Shown here piece by piece: positions 1-11,647 of a DNA stretch of 64,000 nucleotides. The notes below the pieces were generated by a model that was given only the letters and a program-made list of their open reading frames with translations, was not told the origin of the DNA and made no database searches. Every line of letters begins with the position of its first letter. The stretch's first letter is position 1. The DNA comes from Octopus sinensis (taxonomy: Eukaryota), in assembly GCF_006345805.1 (NCBI RefSeq), contig NC_043006.1, positions 69,688,001 to 69,752,000 on the forward strand. The letters are read 5' to 3'. Made by a program: the position numbers and the translations under genes.

Positions 1-5
1 GTATA

Positions 6-43
<38 letters not shown>

Positions 44-103
44 TATATGTATATATATGTATATATATGTGTGTATATATATATGTGAGTATATATGTGT
101 GTG

Positions 104-140
<37 letters not shown>

Positions 141-325
141 TTGTCCCCCAACATCGCTTGATAACCGATGGTGGTGTGTTTACATCCGCGTAACTTAGCG
201 GTTCGGCAAAAGAGTCCGATAGAATAAGTACTAGACTTACAAAGAATAAGTCCTGGGGCCGATTTGCTCGACTAAAGGCGGTGCTTCAGCATGACCACAG
301 TCAAATGACTGAAAGAGTAAAAGAG
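141..325 (+). mobile_element. SINE family A (tRNA/CORE-like octopus SINE), 3' half
   Basis: TTTGTCCCCCAACATCGCTTGA...GATAGAATAAGTACTAG...CAAATGACTGAAA tail shared with more than 10 copies in the window; preceded by the internal (AT)n/(GT)n tract. Confidence 0.85.
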
Positions 326-689
326 TTATTTTATCCTATGAAAGAGGAAGTTTATTGCTAAATCTCTCTCAGACTTCACCACATCGTATTTAGAAAAAAA
401 AACACAAGTAGGAAGATATCGCTTTGAATTCTTTGTCCGGATTGGAGAGTCCCAAGTGTAGGTCCAGTTGTTGGATCGAAGCTAATCTATGCTACTCAAG
501 AGCATCCGGAAGCGCCTAATGCAAAGTAACCTCGTTGGAGTTTGAACTCACAATATAAAGAGTGTAATCAAATATTGCAAAATAATTCTGGATCCATTCT
601 GCACATGATTTCTTTTATCAGAATGGAAACAAATACTGAAAAATACGATTGCATGCATCCTGTCCCTTATTTTTCCTATCTAAGCTCTA

Positions 690-860
690 AAATGGTTTCA
701 CATTTTGGCACAAGGCCAGCAATTTCGGGCCATGTTGGTTAGACGGTTAAGGATGAATGGCAAAGTCGACCTCGGCAGATTTTGAACTCAGAACGTAAAG
801 ACGAACCAAATACCACTAGGCATTTTGTCCGGTGTGCCAATGATTCTAGCAGCTCACCAA
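690..860 (-). mobile_element. SINE family B (tRNA-derived; central block resembles Meta/MESC domain, unverified)
   Basis: GGCAAAGTCGACCTCGGC..TTTGAACTCAGAACGTAAAGAC is the reverse complement of the B box plus central block shared by about 25 copies. Confidence 0.8.
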
Positions 861-1034
861 CTTATCGAAACTCTATATTAATATGTCGAGATGTTCATAA
901 GAAAATTTTAGAAAGAAGACGAACTCTGAACTATTTAAATTCTTGGTAAAAATACACGACTTCATAGACCAGTTGGAGGACGAAAGGAAGCGAAGCCATC
1001 CTCAAACCAGACAAGCAAAATACTTTCTTCTATA

Positions 1035-1112
1035 CTCAGAACGTAGCGACAGGTGAAATACAGCTAAGCATTTCGTCCAGCGTGCTAACGATTCTGCCAG
1101 CTCACCGCCTTA
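1035..1112 (-). mobile_element. SINE family B head fragment
   Basis: CTCAGAACGTA...GCTAAGCATTTCG...GCTAACGATTCTGCCAGCTCACCGCCTTA. Confidence 0.75.
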
Positions 1113-1521
1113 AAGTGGAAAAAGAAGATCAATTTCATTAAAGGCACTCAAAGAACCAGGTAACGGTGGTGTTAAAAATGGACAAGAGATCAAAATTTGT
1201 CACGCAGGAATTCAGATTGCAGCCAATATAACGCGTCGATGTGTGCATTTATCATCTTTGACTGACTCTTTCGGGGAAAATTTCCTCCCAGGGACAACTT
1301 CCTCTTAGCTTATTTCTGTGTGAGACTGGCCACCGGGCTCGTAACCTCGACCAGTTCTTCTCCATAATAATAGCAATCCAAAACAACGTAGTTCAAGAAA
1401 GAAAAAGAAAGACTTTCTTAGTTGTCAATACAATCTACGTGTTGCTAAACACAGAAACGTGTATATTTTATAATATACGATTATTAACTTAATACTTATA
1501 TATCTATCTGAAGGGATATGT

Positions 1522-1559
<38 letters not shown>

Positions 1560-1750
1560 TGAATGTATGAGTTTGTATCCAGTCTACAAAATTTATTTGA
1601 ACGTAAATATATAATTCCACTGAAGCACACACATATATTCACACATATGTGTATGTATATTTACATGTATGTTAGTGCGTGTGTGAGTACATACATATAT
1701 GCGCGCATATATATATATGCACGTATGTATTTTGCAAGTATGCATGTGTT

Positions 1751-1784
<34 letters not shown>

Positions 1785-2188
1785 CATATAATGTACATGT
1801 GTATGTATTTCCATGTATATGCGTAAATATCTGTATACACGTATATGTGCAAGTATATGCGTGTGTGTGTGTATATATATATATATGTATGCATATGCAT
1901 ACCCCCACCCTCATACATGTTTTATTCCACTATTGTTAAATCTCAAGTAATTGACAACCCAGCTGCAGTAAATTCTCACCAGCTGTAACAACAGTTGCAA
2001 CAATATTATAAACTTGCAACAACAACAACACCAACAGCACGAACAACAACAACTACTGTCATATTATTAAATAAACTGCGTTGCGATTCCATAATAAACT
2101 GCAAGCACATTAATACAGAACATACATGCGGTTCCAACGAAACAACAACCTCTTTTTAATTGACACTTCTCTCACCATATATATATAT

Positions 2189-2221
<33 letters not shown>

Positions 2222-2244
2222 CCATTCTGTCCGAAGTCAGACAC

Positions 2245-2425
2245 CATGATAGATCGTTAGCTACTACACACATTTTTTCTCTCCTTGTTTTTTTCTGTGT
2301 ATCTTTCTGTAGAAGAGCGTAGGCTCGAAACATAAAAGACTTTTTCTATTCCCGAGCGCTATACTAATACATTTCTTTGTACACCACCTGCCTTCGTCTT
2401 TTGTTTATTTTCGTAAACTTTCCTT
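2245..2425 (+). mobile_element. Small repeat family H2 carrying a minimal hammerhead-like motif (copy 1)
   Basis: Homologous to 11487-11650; both copies end at a (TA)n tract. Confidence 0.7.
2302..2339 (+). ncRNA. Minimal type-I hammerhead-like motif, variant core
   Basis: TCTTT-CTGTAGA-A-GAGC(GTAG)GCTC-GAA-ACAT-A-AAAGA: stem I TCTTT/AAAGA, stem II GAGC/GCTC; ACAT is probably a CpG-decayed ACGT. Confidence 0.5.
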
Positions 2426-2724
2426 ATATATATATATGCATGTATGTATTCATATATTAGCATACGCACATGCAGAGAGTGAGAGGATATCATTTGTGAA
2501 CAAACGAGAATGATTGTATTCAATACGTCATTTATCAGTGTCATATATTCGTTAAAGCTGATGGGTTTTTTGGTCATTACAGGAATTTCCCGGTGTGCAA
2601 TAAACGATAATCTCATTAACAGCGCGCGCGTGCGTGACTGAGTGAGTGAGTGAGTATTTGTGTGTGTATACATGCATAACTATAGGCATGTATGAATTTT
2701 TGTATATGTGTATTTCGTATATAG

Positions 2725-2899
2725 TCGCAGAAATGGTTGTGTCGTTAGAAGTTTACCTCTCAACAACATGTTTTCGGGTGGAGTGTCATTGCGTGGCACT
2801 TTGGGCAACGTTTTCCACTTAACCCTCGGATCGACCAAAGAACTATTAGCAGATGGATTCTGTAGGCGGAAACTGAAAGAATTCCGACGAGTGTGTATG

Positions 2900-2971
<72 letters not shown>

Positions 2972-3190
2972 GCGTGTGCGTGTGCGTGTGTGTGCGTGTG
3001 TCTTTCCACCGCTTTACAACCAATGTTGATGTGTTTACGTCTTTATAACTTAGTGGTTTGCCAAAAGAGATCCGATAGAATAAGTAAAACGGTTTTAATA
3101 AATAAGCACTGGGCTCGTTTTGCCGAACTAAATTTCTTGCAGGCGATGCCCCAGTATGGTCGTAGTCTGATGACTGCAATAAAATAATAA
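2725..3190 (+). mobile_element. SINE family A, diverged near-full copy
   Basis: TTGCGTGGCACTTTGGGCAAC, GGCGGAAACTGAAAGAA, internal microsatellite and GATAGAATAAGTA tail. Confidence 0.75.
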
Positions 3191-3202
3191 GTTTTATATA
3201 TA

Positions 3203-3236
<34 letters not shown>

Positions 3237-3384
3237 ACAAATGGAAATTGGCTCATTCACTACAGCTGTTTCAAACGAGCTTTTTGTATTGAAGAATAGG
3301 GTTATTAAATCATGCACAAAAAATATTTTCATCAGGTGAATATATTACACGAAGTAGACATCTAAAAAAAATATTCCAAGAACG

Positions 3385-3460
3385 CATCTACCGGTCCAGG
3401 AATCGAACCCACAATCTTACAATCATATGTGCAACATCCGAACCACTAAGCCACGCTCCT
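3385..3460 (-). mobile_element. SINE family C tRNA-like head fragment
   Basis: Reverse complement reads GCGTGGCTTAGTGGTTCGGATGTTG...GGGTTCGATTCCTGGACC (A and B boxes). Confidence 0.65.
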
Positions 3461-3499
3461 TCATATACACATTAATTATATATATATATATATATATAT

Positions 3500-3578
3500 G
3501 CCCACACACAAACCGATGCGGTGGGTCTAATAATAAAAAGCCATTGTGTCAGGGAGGTGTCGTAGAACTGGAAATTCC
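3500..3578 (-). repeat. Inverted, 10-bp-deleted copy of the 89-bp array unit
   Basis: Reverse complement of the array unit lacking AAGGCGGAGG. Confidence 0.9.
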
Positions 3579-3595
3579 ATATATATATATATATA

Positions 3596-3660
<65 letters not shown>

Positions 3661-3723
3661 CAATCTCACAAGGACGATATAAATTGCATGTGCAATTTGT
3701 GTCTTGTTTTTCTCTAGTGATAT

Positions 3724-4025
3724 GGAATTTCCAGTTCTACGACACCTCCCTGACACATTGGAAGGCGGAGGCTTTTTATTATTAGACCCACCGTATCGGT
3801 TTGTGTGTGGGCATAATATATATATATATATGGAATTTCCAGTTCTACGACACCTCCCTGACACAATGGAAGGCGGAGGCTTTTTATTATTAGACCCACC
3901 GTATCGGTTTGTGTGTGGCATATATATATATATATATATGGAATTTCCAGTTCTACGACACCTCCCTGACACATTGGAAGGCGGAGGCTTTTTTATTATT
4001 AGACCCACCGTATCGGTTGTGTGTG

Positions 4026-4062
<37 letters not shown>

Positions 4063-4482
4063 AATTTCCAGTTCTACGACACCTCCCTGACACAATGGAA
4101 GGCGGAGGCTTTTTATTATTAGACCCACCGTATCGGTTTGTGTGTGGGCATATATATATATATATATATATATATGGAATTTCCAGTTCTACGACACCTC
4201 CCTCACACATTGGAAGGCGGAGGCTTTTTATTATTAGACCCACCGTATCGGTTTGTGTGTGGGCATATATATATATATATATGGAATTTCCAGTTCTACG
4301 ACACCTCCCTGACACAATGGAAGGCGGAGGCTTTTTATTATTAGACCCACCGTATCGGTTTGTGTGTGGGCATATATATATATATATATATATGGAATTT
4401 CCAGTTCTACGACACCTCCCTGACACATTGGAAGGCGGAGGCTTTTTATTATTAGACCCACCGTATCGGTTTGTGTGGGGGC
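3724..4482 (+). repeat. Tandem array: 7 x 89-bp unit separated by variable (TA)n
   Basis: Units start at 3724, 3832, 3940, 4061, 4176, 4283 and 4394; core GGAATTTCCAGTTCTACGACACCTCC...TTTGTGTGTGGGC. Confidence 0.95.
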
Positions 4483-4517
<35 letters not shown>

Positions 4518-5002
4518 TACATACAGAGAGAGAGAAAGGGAGAGACAGAGACACACATACGAAATTGTATAGCTTATATACTTAAATTTAATATTTTCAA
4601 GCTTGTTTACTTAAGCTCCATTCATCTCTAATAATAATAGTCTAAAATATTATTTTATCAAATTTTGAGCCCCACTTTAACATTCTTTTTCCACTTATCG
4701 TTTGAGAGATTATCTTTCATAGAGGTTTATTCCACTTTTCATATGATCTAAAGGTCTTGAGATACAATTTGTTGCTTTAAATATATACATGTATGTATGT
4801 TAATGCAATTTTCCTTTTTTTAACTATAAATTTCGCTAAGAAATGTACTTTTACGGGGTTTTCACGATTTTCTATTTTATATTTTTGAGAACAAACTAAT
4901 TACGGCAATAATTGCAGTAGTTTACGACGTTCTACCGTGCGTTAAAATTTCTCAGCTGTTGTGTTTTTATCTATATAAACATTCAATATCGTTAGGTGTG
5001 TA

Positions 5003-5180
5003 TAAGGCGGTGTTAGCATGCTGACTTATCGGCATTTCGTCCGTCGTTTTGAGTTCAAATTCCGCTGAGGTCGAATTTGCTTTTGATTCTCGCGGGAGCG
5101 ATAGAATATATTCCATTCATGTACTTGGGTCGATGTAATCGACTTCCCACCCCTCAAAATTGCTGGTCTTGTACCAAGTA
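5003..5180 (+). mobile_element. SINE family B, diverged
   Basis: TAAGGCGG...GAGTTCAAATTCCGCTGAGGTCGA...GGGTCGATGTAATCGAC. Confidence 0.7.
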
Positions 5181-5953
5181 AGAAATAATATCATTAAAGT
5201 ATGTATAATCAATCAGCCATTATTAGTCTCGGGGTAAATCAATGCAAGATATCTGTTGTTTTCTGCAGCTACCGGTACAACTAAAAACAGTCGTTGATTT
5301 ATCTGACGCATTGATCTCAGCTATTCTAGATATTACAAGTGATAATAGGTTTATTTTCTTAATTTGTTGTTTTTCTGCTAACATTTTCATTCGTATTTTT
5401 CACAGCTAATATCAAATTTTGTCTTCATATATCGGTGTGACATTATCTTCTACGTTTGTTGTATTGGACGAGGCAGGCGTTATTACGAGTGGAAATTTTC
5501 CACAGAAAGCCACGCTGCTTTTTAAAAGTATAAATTGACACAGACAGCATTAATAGGTCTCTATTGTGCAGGAGCAGGAGAAACGCCGCCTCTAAAATTG
5601 CTTTACTCCCATATAAAAGAGAAAACTTTGACTTCACTTTAAAACTTTGATAGACTTAATGTATCATTCTGATAGAAATTATAAAGGACTGGCAACCAAA
5701 TAGAATTAGCATACTTATCTCCAACCATAACTAATATATATCGTTTACTGTTCTGTTCTTTATAGGATCAACAAAAATAGCACTATCTAATGAGAGATAA
5801 AGATACATATCATATGACATACACAGTACGTAAATATGAGTTTCATACTGTGTAAATACGTTAAACCGGCAGATTTATATATCATACCTTGTGCTTCCAA
5901 GCAATCCTCAAAGTTTAAATTTTATCCTGGAGGATCGCTTGGAAGCACAAGGC

Positions 5954-5993
<40 letters not shown>

Positions 5994-6185
5994 CGAAGGG
6001 GTGCTGAAAAGTTCCTGGCTTCAAGAATACCACGAAAAGCCCGGCTGGAAGCCCAACCTTCCGAGATCTCTTACATGGCTTAGAAAAACTGAAGGACCGC
6101 TACAATAATTGGATAAAATCATAATTAACTGATCCTCCTGTATTTTCTTTTACCTAAAGCCAGGGACTTCTCAGTACCCACCTCG
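5994..6185 (+). mobile_element. mariner-derived MITE (copy 1)
   Basis: TIRs CGAAGGGGTGCTGAAAAGTTCCTGGCTT / AAGCCAGGGACTTCTCAGTACCCACCTCG followed by TA; internal GCTTAGAAAAACTGAAGGAC shared with 23439-23653. Confidence 0.75.
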
Positions 6186-6966
6186 TATATGTAAAGTGTA
6201 ACCACAGTAATTTCCTTATATTATCTGATGTGCCATAAATTAACCAAACTTGAGTTGTAATGTGACCCTGTTATCAGCTATTAAGAAAAATACATTGCAC
6301 TCTAAACAAGTATTGAAACTTCTTTCTTTTTGAGTGAATTTTCATGAAAATTTCCTCGTACTGCTCTCTCTCTCTCTCTCTCTGCATATTAAATATAACT
6401 GTAATATTAGCATCATTCTGAGTGAAACTTTCCACCAAAACACATTTTGATACCAACACAGACATTTTAATAAATGTCTAATGTGACAGACAGAAGACTT
6501 AGTTAAAAGAATCCTTCGGAAAGTGTTTTTTGCTTTTTAGCGGTGTTTTTTTTTTTTTGTTGTTTGTTTTGTTTTATTATTATTATTATTATTATTATTG
6601 TAAATAAAATGTAAAACATGAAGTGAAACTTTATTCCGTTTCAGAACTAGAACATTTCAACTAAGAAATGTGTTGCTAAATCTTTTGAATCAGACATCTT
6701 CAAAATTGTGAAGTACGTGTAATTTAAGAATGTAAACAACACCTACCAACAAAAGCTTGTAAGAAATCAAACGAGAACATATTTGAAGAAACGGACAAAC
6801 ATAGAACATATATGAAATGAACCATAATAATAATTTATTAAGAAATAGCATGTCAGAGACATATCCTCTTGTCTATACAGAGAAGTTGTAGCTATTGCCT
6901 TAAAACCTTATACTACTTTCAAGGCCAATAAGTTTAATTGTTCTGACTTATACTAACGAACCAAGC

Positions 6967-7192
6967 AAGGTGGCAAGCTGGCAGAAACGTTAGCACGCCG
7001 GGCGAAATGCCTAGCGGTATTTCGTCTGTCTTTACGTTGAGTTCAAATACTGCTGAGGTCGACTTTGCCTTTCATCCTTTCGGGGTCGATAAATTAAGTA
7101 CCAGTTACGCACTGGGATCGACTTAATCCCTTTGTCTGTCCTTGTTTGTCCCCCTCTATGTTTAGCCCCTTGTGAGCAATAAATAAATAAGA
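6967..7192 (+). mobile_element. SINE family B inserted into the PLE ORF
   Basis: Full head GCTGGCAGAAACGTTAGCACGCCGGGCG and tail; degenerate flanking direct repeat ACTAACGAACCAAGC / ACTAAAGAAACCCAGC. Confidence 0.85.
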
Positions 7193-7549
7193 AACTAAAG
7201 AAACCCAGCTAAAAAGAAGTAAGAAAAAGCATCTTAATGTCATCTACAAATAACACAAACATTTCCTATAAGCAGTTTAGAACAACAGTGCAGCGTAATA
7301 AATTGATTTTGAAATTTTCATGATATATAAAAATATGCATTCGCACAGTTTGGTATAATCAGTTAAAACCCTTCCGTTGCTAAACTTTAGCTCTTAAGGT
7401 CATAGAATTTAGTCAACATTACACTTCCATCACATAATCACATACAATATTAATGTACGCAAGAATATTCCCTCTTTGTCAATAATGCTCTATGGTTAAA
7501 AACATAAAATGCAACAGGTAATATTCATCTCCCCACTTGAGGTGATGCC

Positions 7550-7763
7550 GTGTTAGGACACACAATACCGCGTTATTTACCATGAGAGGACCTCTCGTAT
7601 GGACTTATGCTGCATAAAAGCATTCATGTTTATGTAGCTGTCAGGAGCATCCGCAGCGGACGGTTATTACTCGCCAGTGATATAAATATGAGTGTTTTTA
7701 TGCATCACAAGTCCATACCAGACATTCTCTCATGGTAAATAACGCAGCATTTTGTTCTAACTC
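7550..7763. mobile_element. Fold-back MITE-like element (about 210 bp)
   Basis: GCGTTATTTACCATGAGAG..TATGGACTT..GCATAAAAGCATTCATGTTTA versus TAAATATGAGTGTTTTTATGC..AAGTCCATA..CTCTCATGGTAAATAACGC. Confidence 0.75.
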
Positions 7764-8649
7764 TACATCTAGTGTAAGTGGAAGATAAATATTAACTTTT
7801 GGTATTAATACTGTCTATGTCACTTTTAATTTTGTTGCAAGCACGTGTGCTAGAATCTCTGCAGAAATTTCAAATAATTCATAATCAAATCTATTCTACT
7901 GTCGGAGGCATTTATAGAAATGACGGTTTATTAATCACTGAAACCCTCAACGGACAATCAAATATATTCAGGAAATTCTTAACAGAGTTATTTACCGAAT
8001 TTCATTTCAAAATTCATAAATAACCTTAAAGGAACCAAATTTTAGACGTAATATTTAAACTTGATAGAAATCAACCCGAACGTACTTTTAAAACAAAGCT
8101 TATTCCGCAGTTTGAAACACCACACACTGTGGATTAACAAAAGTCTACCCAGCAATTTAGGCAAAAAAAATCTCGGTCACTTGTGATTAACCCTATTCAT
8201 TAAAGTAGCAAACGTATAATAACGCTCAGGCTTCCAGTTGTTTTCCAGGAAATAATTTAACATTACAAGTATAGAGAGTGGAATGGAATAGAAAGGGAAA
8301 AGCTATTTCATGCGAGTTAATGCACTTCATTCAATTTATGTAACACACTAGGAAAATGTTTTCTCATCTGGTGAGAAGGCATCGCAAATTAACTTAAAAG
8401 CAGCTACATCGTTTTGCTAATACCACAACATCCATTAATAATAGAATATAATGATAATTACGATTACCATATACCGAACGACAGCAACGCCCTGAACTTT
8501 CCAGTAACAAAACGTTATTCTCTCAATGGTAAAGGTCTCGAAAAATCAGTGTGTCAACTCTAATCCAAAGAGTAAAGATCACACCAGATCAAAAGCTAAC
8601 CCTTTTAAATTTAGATAAGTTTACAAAGTTATGTTTCACACTATGCTAG

Positions 8650-8843
8650 TTTAAAATTTCGACACGAGGCCAGCAATTTCTTGGAGGGGTTAATTCAATT
8701 ACATCGACCCCAGTGATCAACTGGTACTTAGTGTGTCGACTCCGAAAAGATTAAAGGCAAAGTCGACCTCAGAACGTAAAGACTGAAGAAATACTGCTAA
8801 GCATTTTCCCGGCGTACAAAGAATTCTACCAGTTAACCACCTT
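8650..8843 (-). mobile_element. SINE family B
   Basis: ATCGACCCCAGTG..AACTGGTACTT..AAAGGCAAAGTCGACCTC. Confidence 0.8.
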
Positions 8844-8917
8844 CAGTGTTCGATACTATATTTGCAACCAACTTTCTTTTTATTTAGATAACGTATTCTC
8901 CAATATTACAAGGTACC

Positions 8918-9112
8918 TAAGGCGCTGAGCTGGCAGAAACGTTAGCACGCCGGGCGAAATGCTTAGAAGTATTTCATTTGTCTTTACGTTCTTAGTTCAA
9001 ATTCCGCCGAGGTCGACTTTGCCTTTCATCCTTTCAGGGTCGATAAATTAAATACCAGTTGCGTACTGGGGTCGATCTAATCGGGCCTTGTGCCGAGAGT
9101 AGAAAATAATAT
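8918..9112 (+). mobile_element. SINE family B
   Basis: TAAGGCGCTGAGCTGGCAGAAACGTTAGCACG...GTCGACTTTGCCTTTCATCCTTTC. Confidence 0.85.
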
Positions 9113-9870
9113 TACAAGGTGCCTATGAGACTTGGTCAATCCTTATAAATAACCAGTTTTGTAACTGCATGCTTTCTTGATAAACTTAAATTAGCACCAC
9201 ACAAGTTTGAACAAGTAAATCGAATAATTCGTTACATTTCTACAAAATCACTGATATTTCTCAAATTCCATACAAAGACATCACCATAGGCATCTTGAAA
9301 TGAGACTTCTCATCACAACATAAAAATGACTTAATAAAATTAGACTTAATAACCCTCTCCTAGATTATTTTGAGAAAAAAAAAACCCAAAAAACATACAC
9401 ACACATAAAACAAAAAGGAGCAAGCTATATGTAAACAAATTCTTTCTCCGAAAATTATTTTTCATAAAGCATCACTATATTTAATAAGCTTACACATACA
9501 GACATAAATTTCCTTACCAGATATAATCCATACCTGAGTAGTGTTTAGAATTTTGAAACATAACAGAAATTGTAGTGGCAAAGTTAATAAATTATAACAC
9601 CCTAACATACAAATATTTACATAGAAATTTGCTTACAGTATGTGAAGTTAAACGAAATAGCGGAACACAGCTTATGTAATACAGTAACGTGCGTGTGAGA
9701 GAGAGAGAGTTATAAACTACAGCGATTTTCTTGTTGAAGCCAAACTCACCGGCACTGTATTAGAAAACGTGGATAAATTGCTTAGGTTTATCTAGGCATA
9801 TAACAGTGTTAAGAGAAAATCCTCAGAATGATCCGGAACAATCAAGTAGTCAGTGAAGAATTTGTGTGAA

Positions 9871-9933
9871 TGTCGAATCTGCAGCAGGTTCTGTAAGTCG
9901 CTGGCAGGATTCGAGAACCATTGTCGTTCTCAC
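9871..9933 (+). pseudogene. Isolated C2H2 zinc-finger remnant, probably a LINE ORF2 C-terminus
   Basis: CRICSRFCKSLAGFENHCRSH has exact C-x2-C-x12-H-x3-H spacing; no TGEKP linker; in-frame stop just upstream. Confidence 0.5.
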
Positions 9934-10804
9934 TTGCAGTACTATGATGCACTTTATTTAGTCAGCCATGAACATACCCATTTCCATGAGTCAGCAGTAC
10001 TCCTGCATCTATCATGTGTGTACGACTGCTACCGGTGAATTTAGAGCTTTACGAAGGCAATATTCATCCATTTCACTTCCAGCATAATGATGTGATTACT
10101 ACTGCATTTCAGAGTCTTACTGATTGTGATAAACAGAGAAAAGGCCCGACAAAAAATTATAAAAAAACAAAAGATGCAGTTTATATTATTTGCTTCCTAC
10201 ATACACTTCACCATTAGGGCTATTTGCATTCTCTGCAGTGGATGTTTCCATTGCTAACTGATGCTGAACCACAACAGTTCGTCAGGGGACCACATTATTA
10301 CATAATTGTACGCAAATAAAATCTATACACACACACACTCACAAATATACAAGCATACTGACAGACAATTATCATAAATGTAGGTCACATTGTATCATGA
10401 AAATTGTTTGATAACAATTTTCACTCATACAATTTTTCATCTGAATAAAAGTGCTTTTCGAATAACTGCTTTCGTAGAATTATTTCGAACAATGTTCCCA
10501 TAATCAAACAACATACATGATTTATTTCAGGTTAATTCCCAGAATTTGTGGGGTGTTATACAATCTCACCTGCTAATTGTTAATTGTAGTGTACCAACAA
10601 CAATAACAACCCCACCAATAAATGATTATTTTGTACATGATTACAGCAGGAATTATGTGTTATTGTTTGAATTGGAGCAGTAGTGCGTGTGGTTGGTTAC
10701 GTATACACTTTAGCAGATGATACCCAAAACGTTTGAAATTGCGATGTCTAAGAGATAGTTATTATTTCGGAGGATTTCTGTGCGCTTCGCACACATACAT
10801 TTAC

Positions 10805-10989
10805 ATTCTCATATATACACATATACAGAAATTATATATATTTATATTTGTATGTATATGTGTGTGAGTGTGTATGTGAGCGTGTGTGTATGTATATATA
10901 TGTGTGTGTATATATGTATATATATGTGTGTGTGTATATATATATATTATATATGTGTGTGTGTATATATATATATATATGTGTGTGTG

Positions 10990-11020
<31 letters not shown>

Positions 11021-11105
11021 ATTTATGTATGTGTGTGTGTATATATATGTACATATATATATATATTTCCGTATATGTATGTATATACGTATGTATACAC
11101 ACACC
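10805..11105. repeat. Compound (AT)n/(GT)n microsatellite
   Basis: Direct reading. Confidence 0.95.
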
Positions 11106-11486
11106 AACACACTCAAGTAGGTCAAGTGTTATTTCACTTAATTACAAAACGGATGCTGTTGAGTTACACATCTACAAACCATTACCATTAAACAATACCA
11201 GCCTACATAAAACTGCCGCCCATACATCACAACAGCCCACATACTAAAACAATCTGTACACCGTAACCACTGACACACAACCATCGCTACAGATATACAC
11301 CTCATACCACTATTACCGACCATCATTACCACTGAAACACCACCATTTACATACCATTTCAAATTTACACATCTACCACCGATGGTTTGAATCTTGTGTC
11401 AATTGCAATTAAACGGAAAAGTAAACCATGCTCAAAATAACAGCAGAAGCGGATGCATTTAAGGGAGCATTTATGTGTGTGTGTAC

Positions 11487-11647
11487 CATGATTGACCGCT
11501 AACCCCACAAGTTTTTTTAATTCTCCCTGTTTATTTCTTCGTGTTCCTTTCTGTTGAAGAGCGTAGGTTCGAAACGTAAAAGACTTTCTCACCTTCCCGA
11601 GCGTCAAACTGATACACCTGTCTTTGTCTTTTGTTTTCAGTAAATTT

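Larger units (their letters stand above)
6641..8600 (+). pseudogene. Decayed Penelope-like retroelement ORF (RT, thumb and linker toward GIY-YIG), interrupted by a SINE and a MITE
   Basis: Colinear degenerate motifs with stops and frameshifts: FESDIFKIVKYV*FKNVNNTYQQKL, DKHRNIYEM..LLRNSMSETY, NPAK, FAQFGIIS*NPS (7340-7381), LFVNNALWLK, GGIYRNDGL (7904-7930, matches GLYRDDGL), NLK..(FL)DVIF, LNGKGLEKSVCQ (8522-8557, matches CPLNGKCL..SVVYQ). Confidence 0.75.

Noticed and set aside
3300-3345. Minus-strand CACCTGATGAAAATATTTT resembling a hammerhead start
   Set aside because: No downstream GAAA or stem I partner.
3724-4482. CRISPR-like repeat-spacer appearance and repeated ORF MEFPVLRHLPDTLEGGGFLLLDPPYRFVCGH
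   Set aside because: Spacers are only (TA)n, the repeat is 89 bp, there are no cas genes and the context is eukaryotic; the ORFs are by-products of the tandem array.
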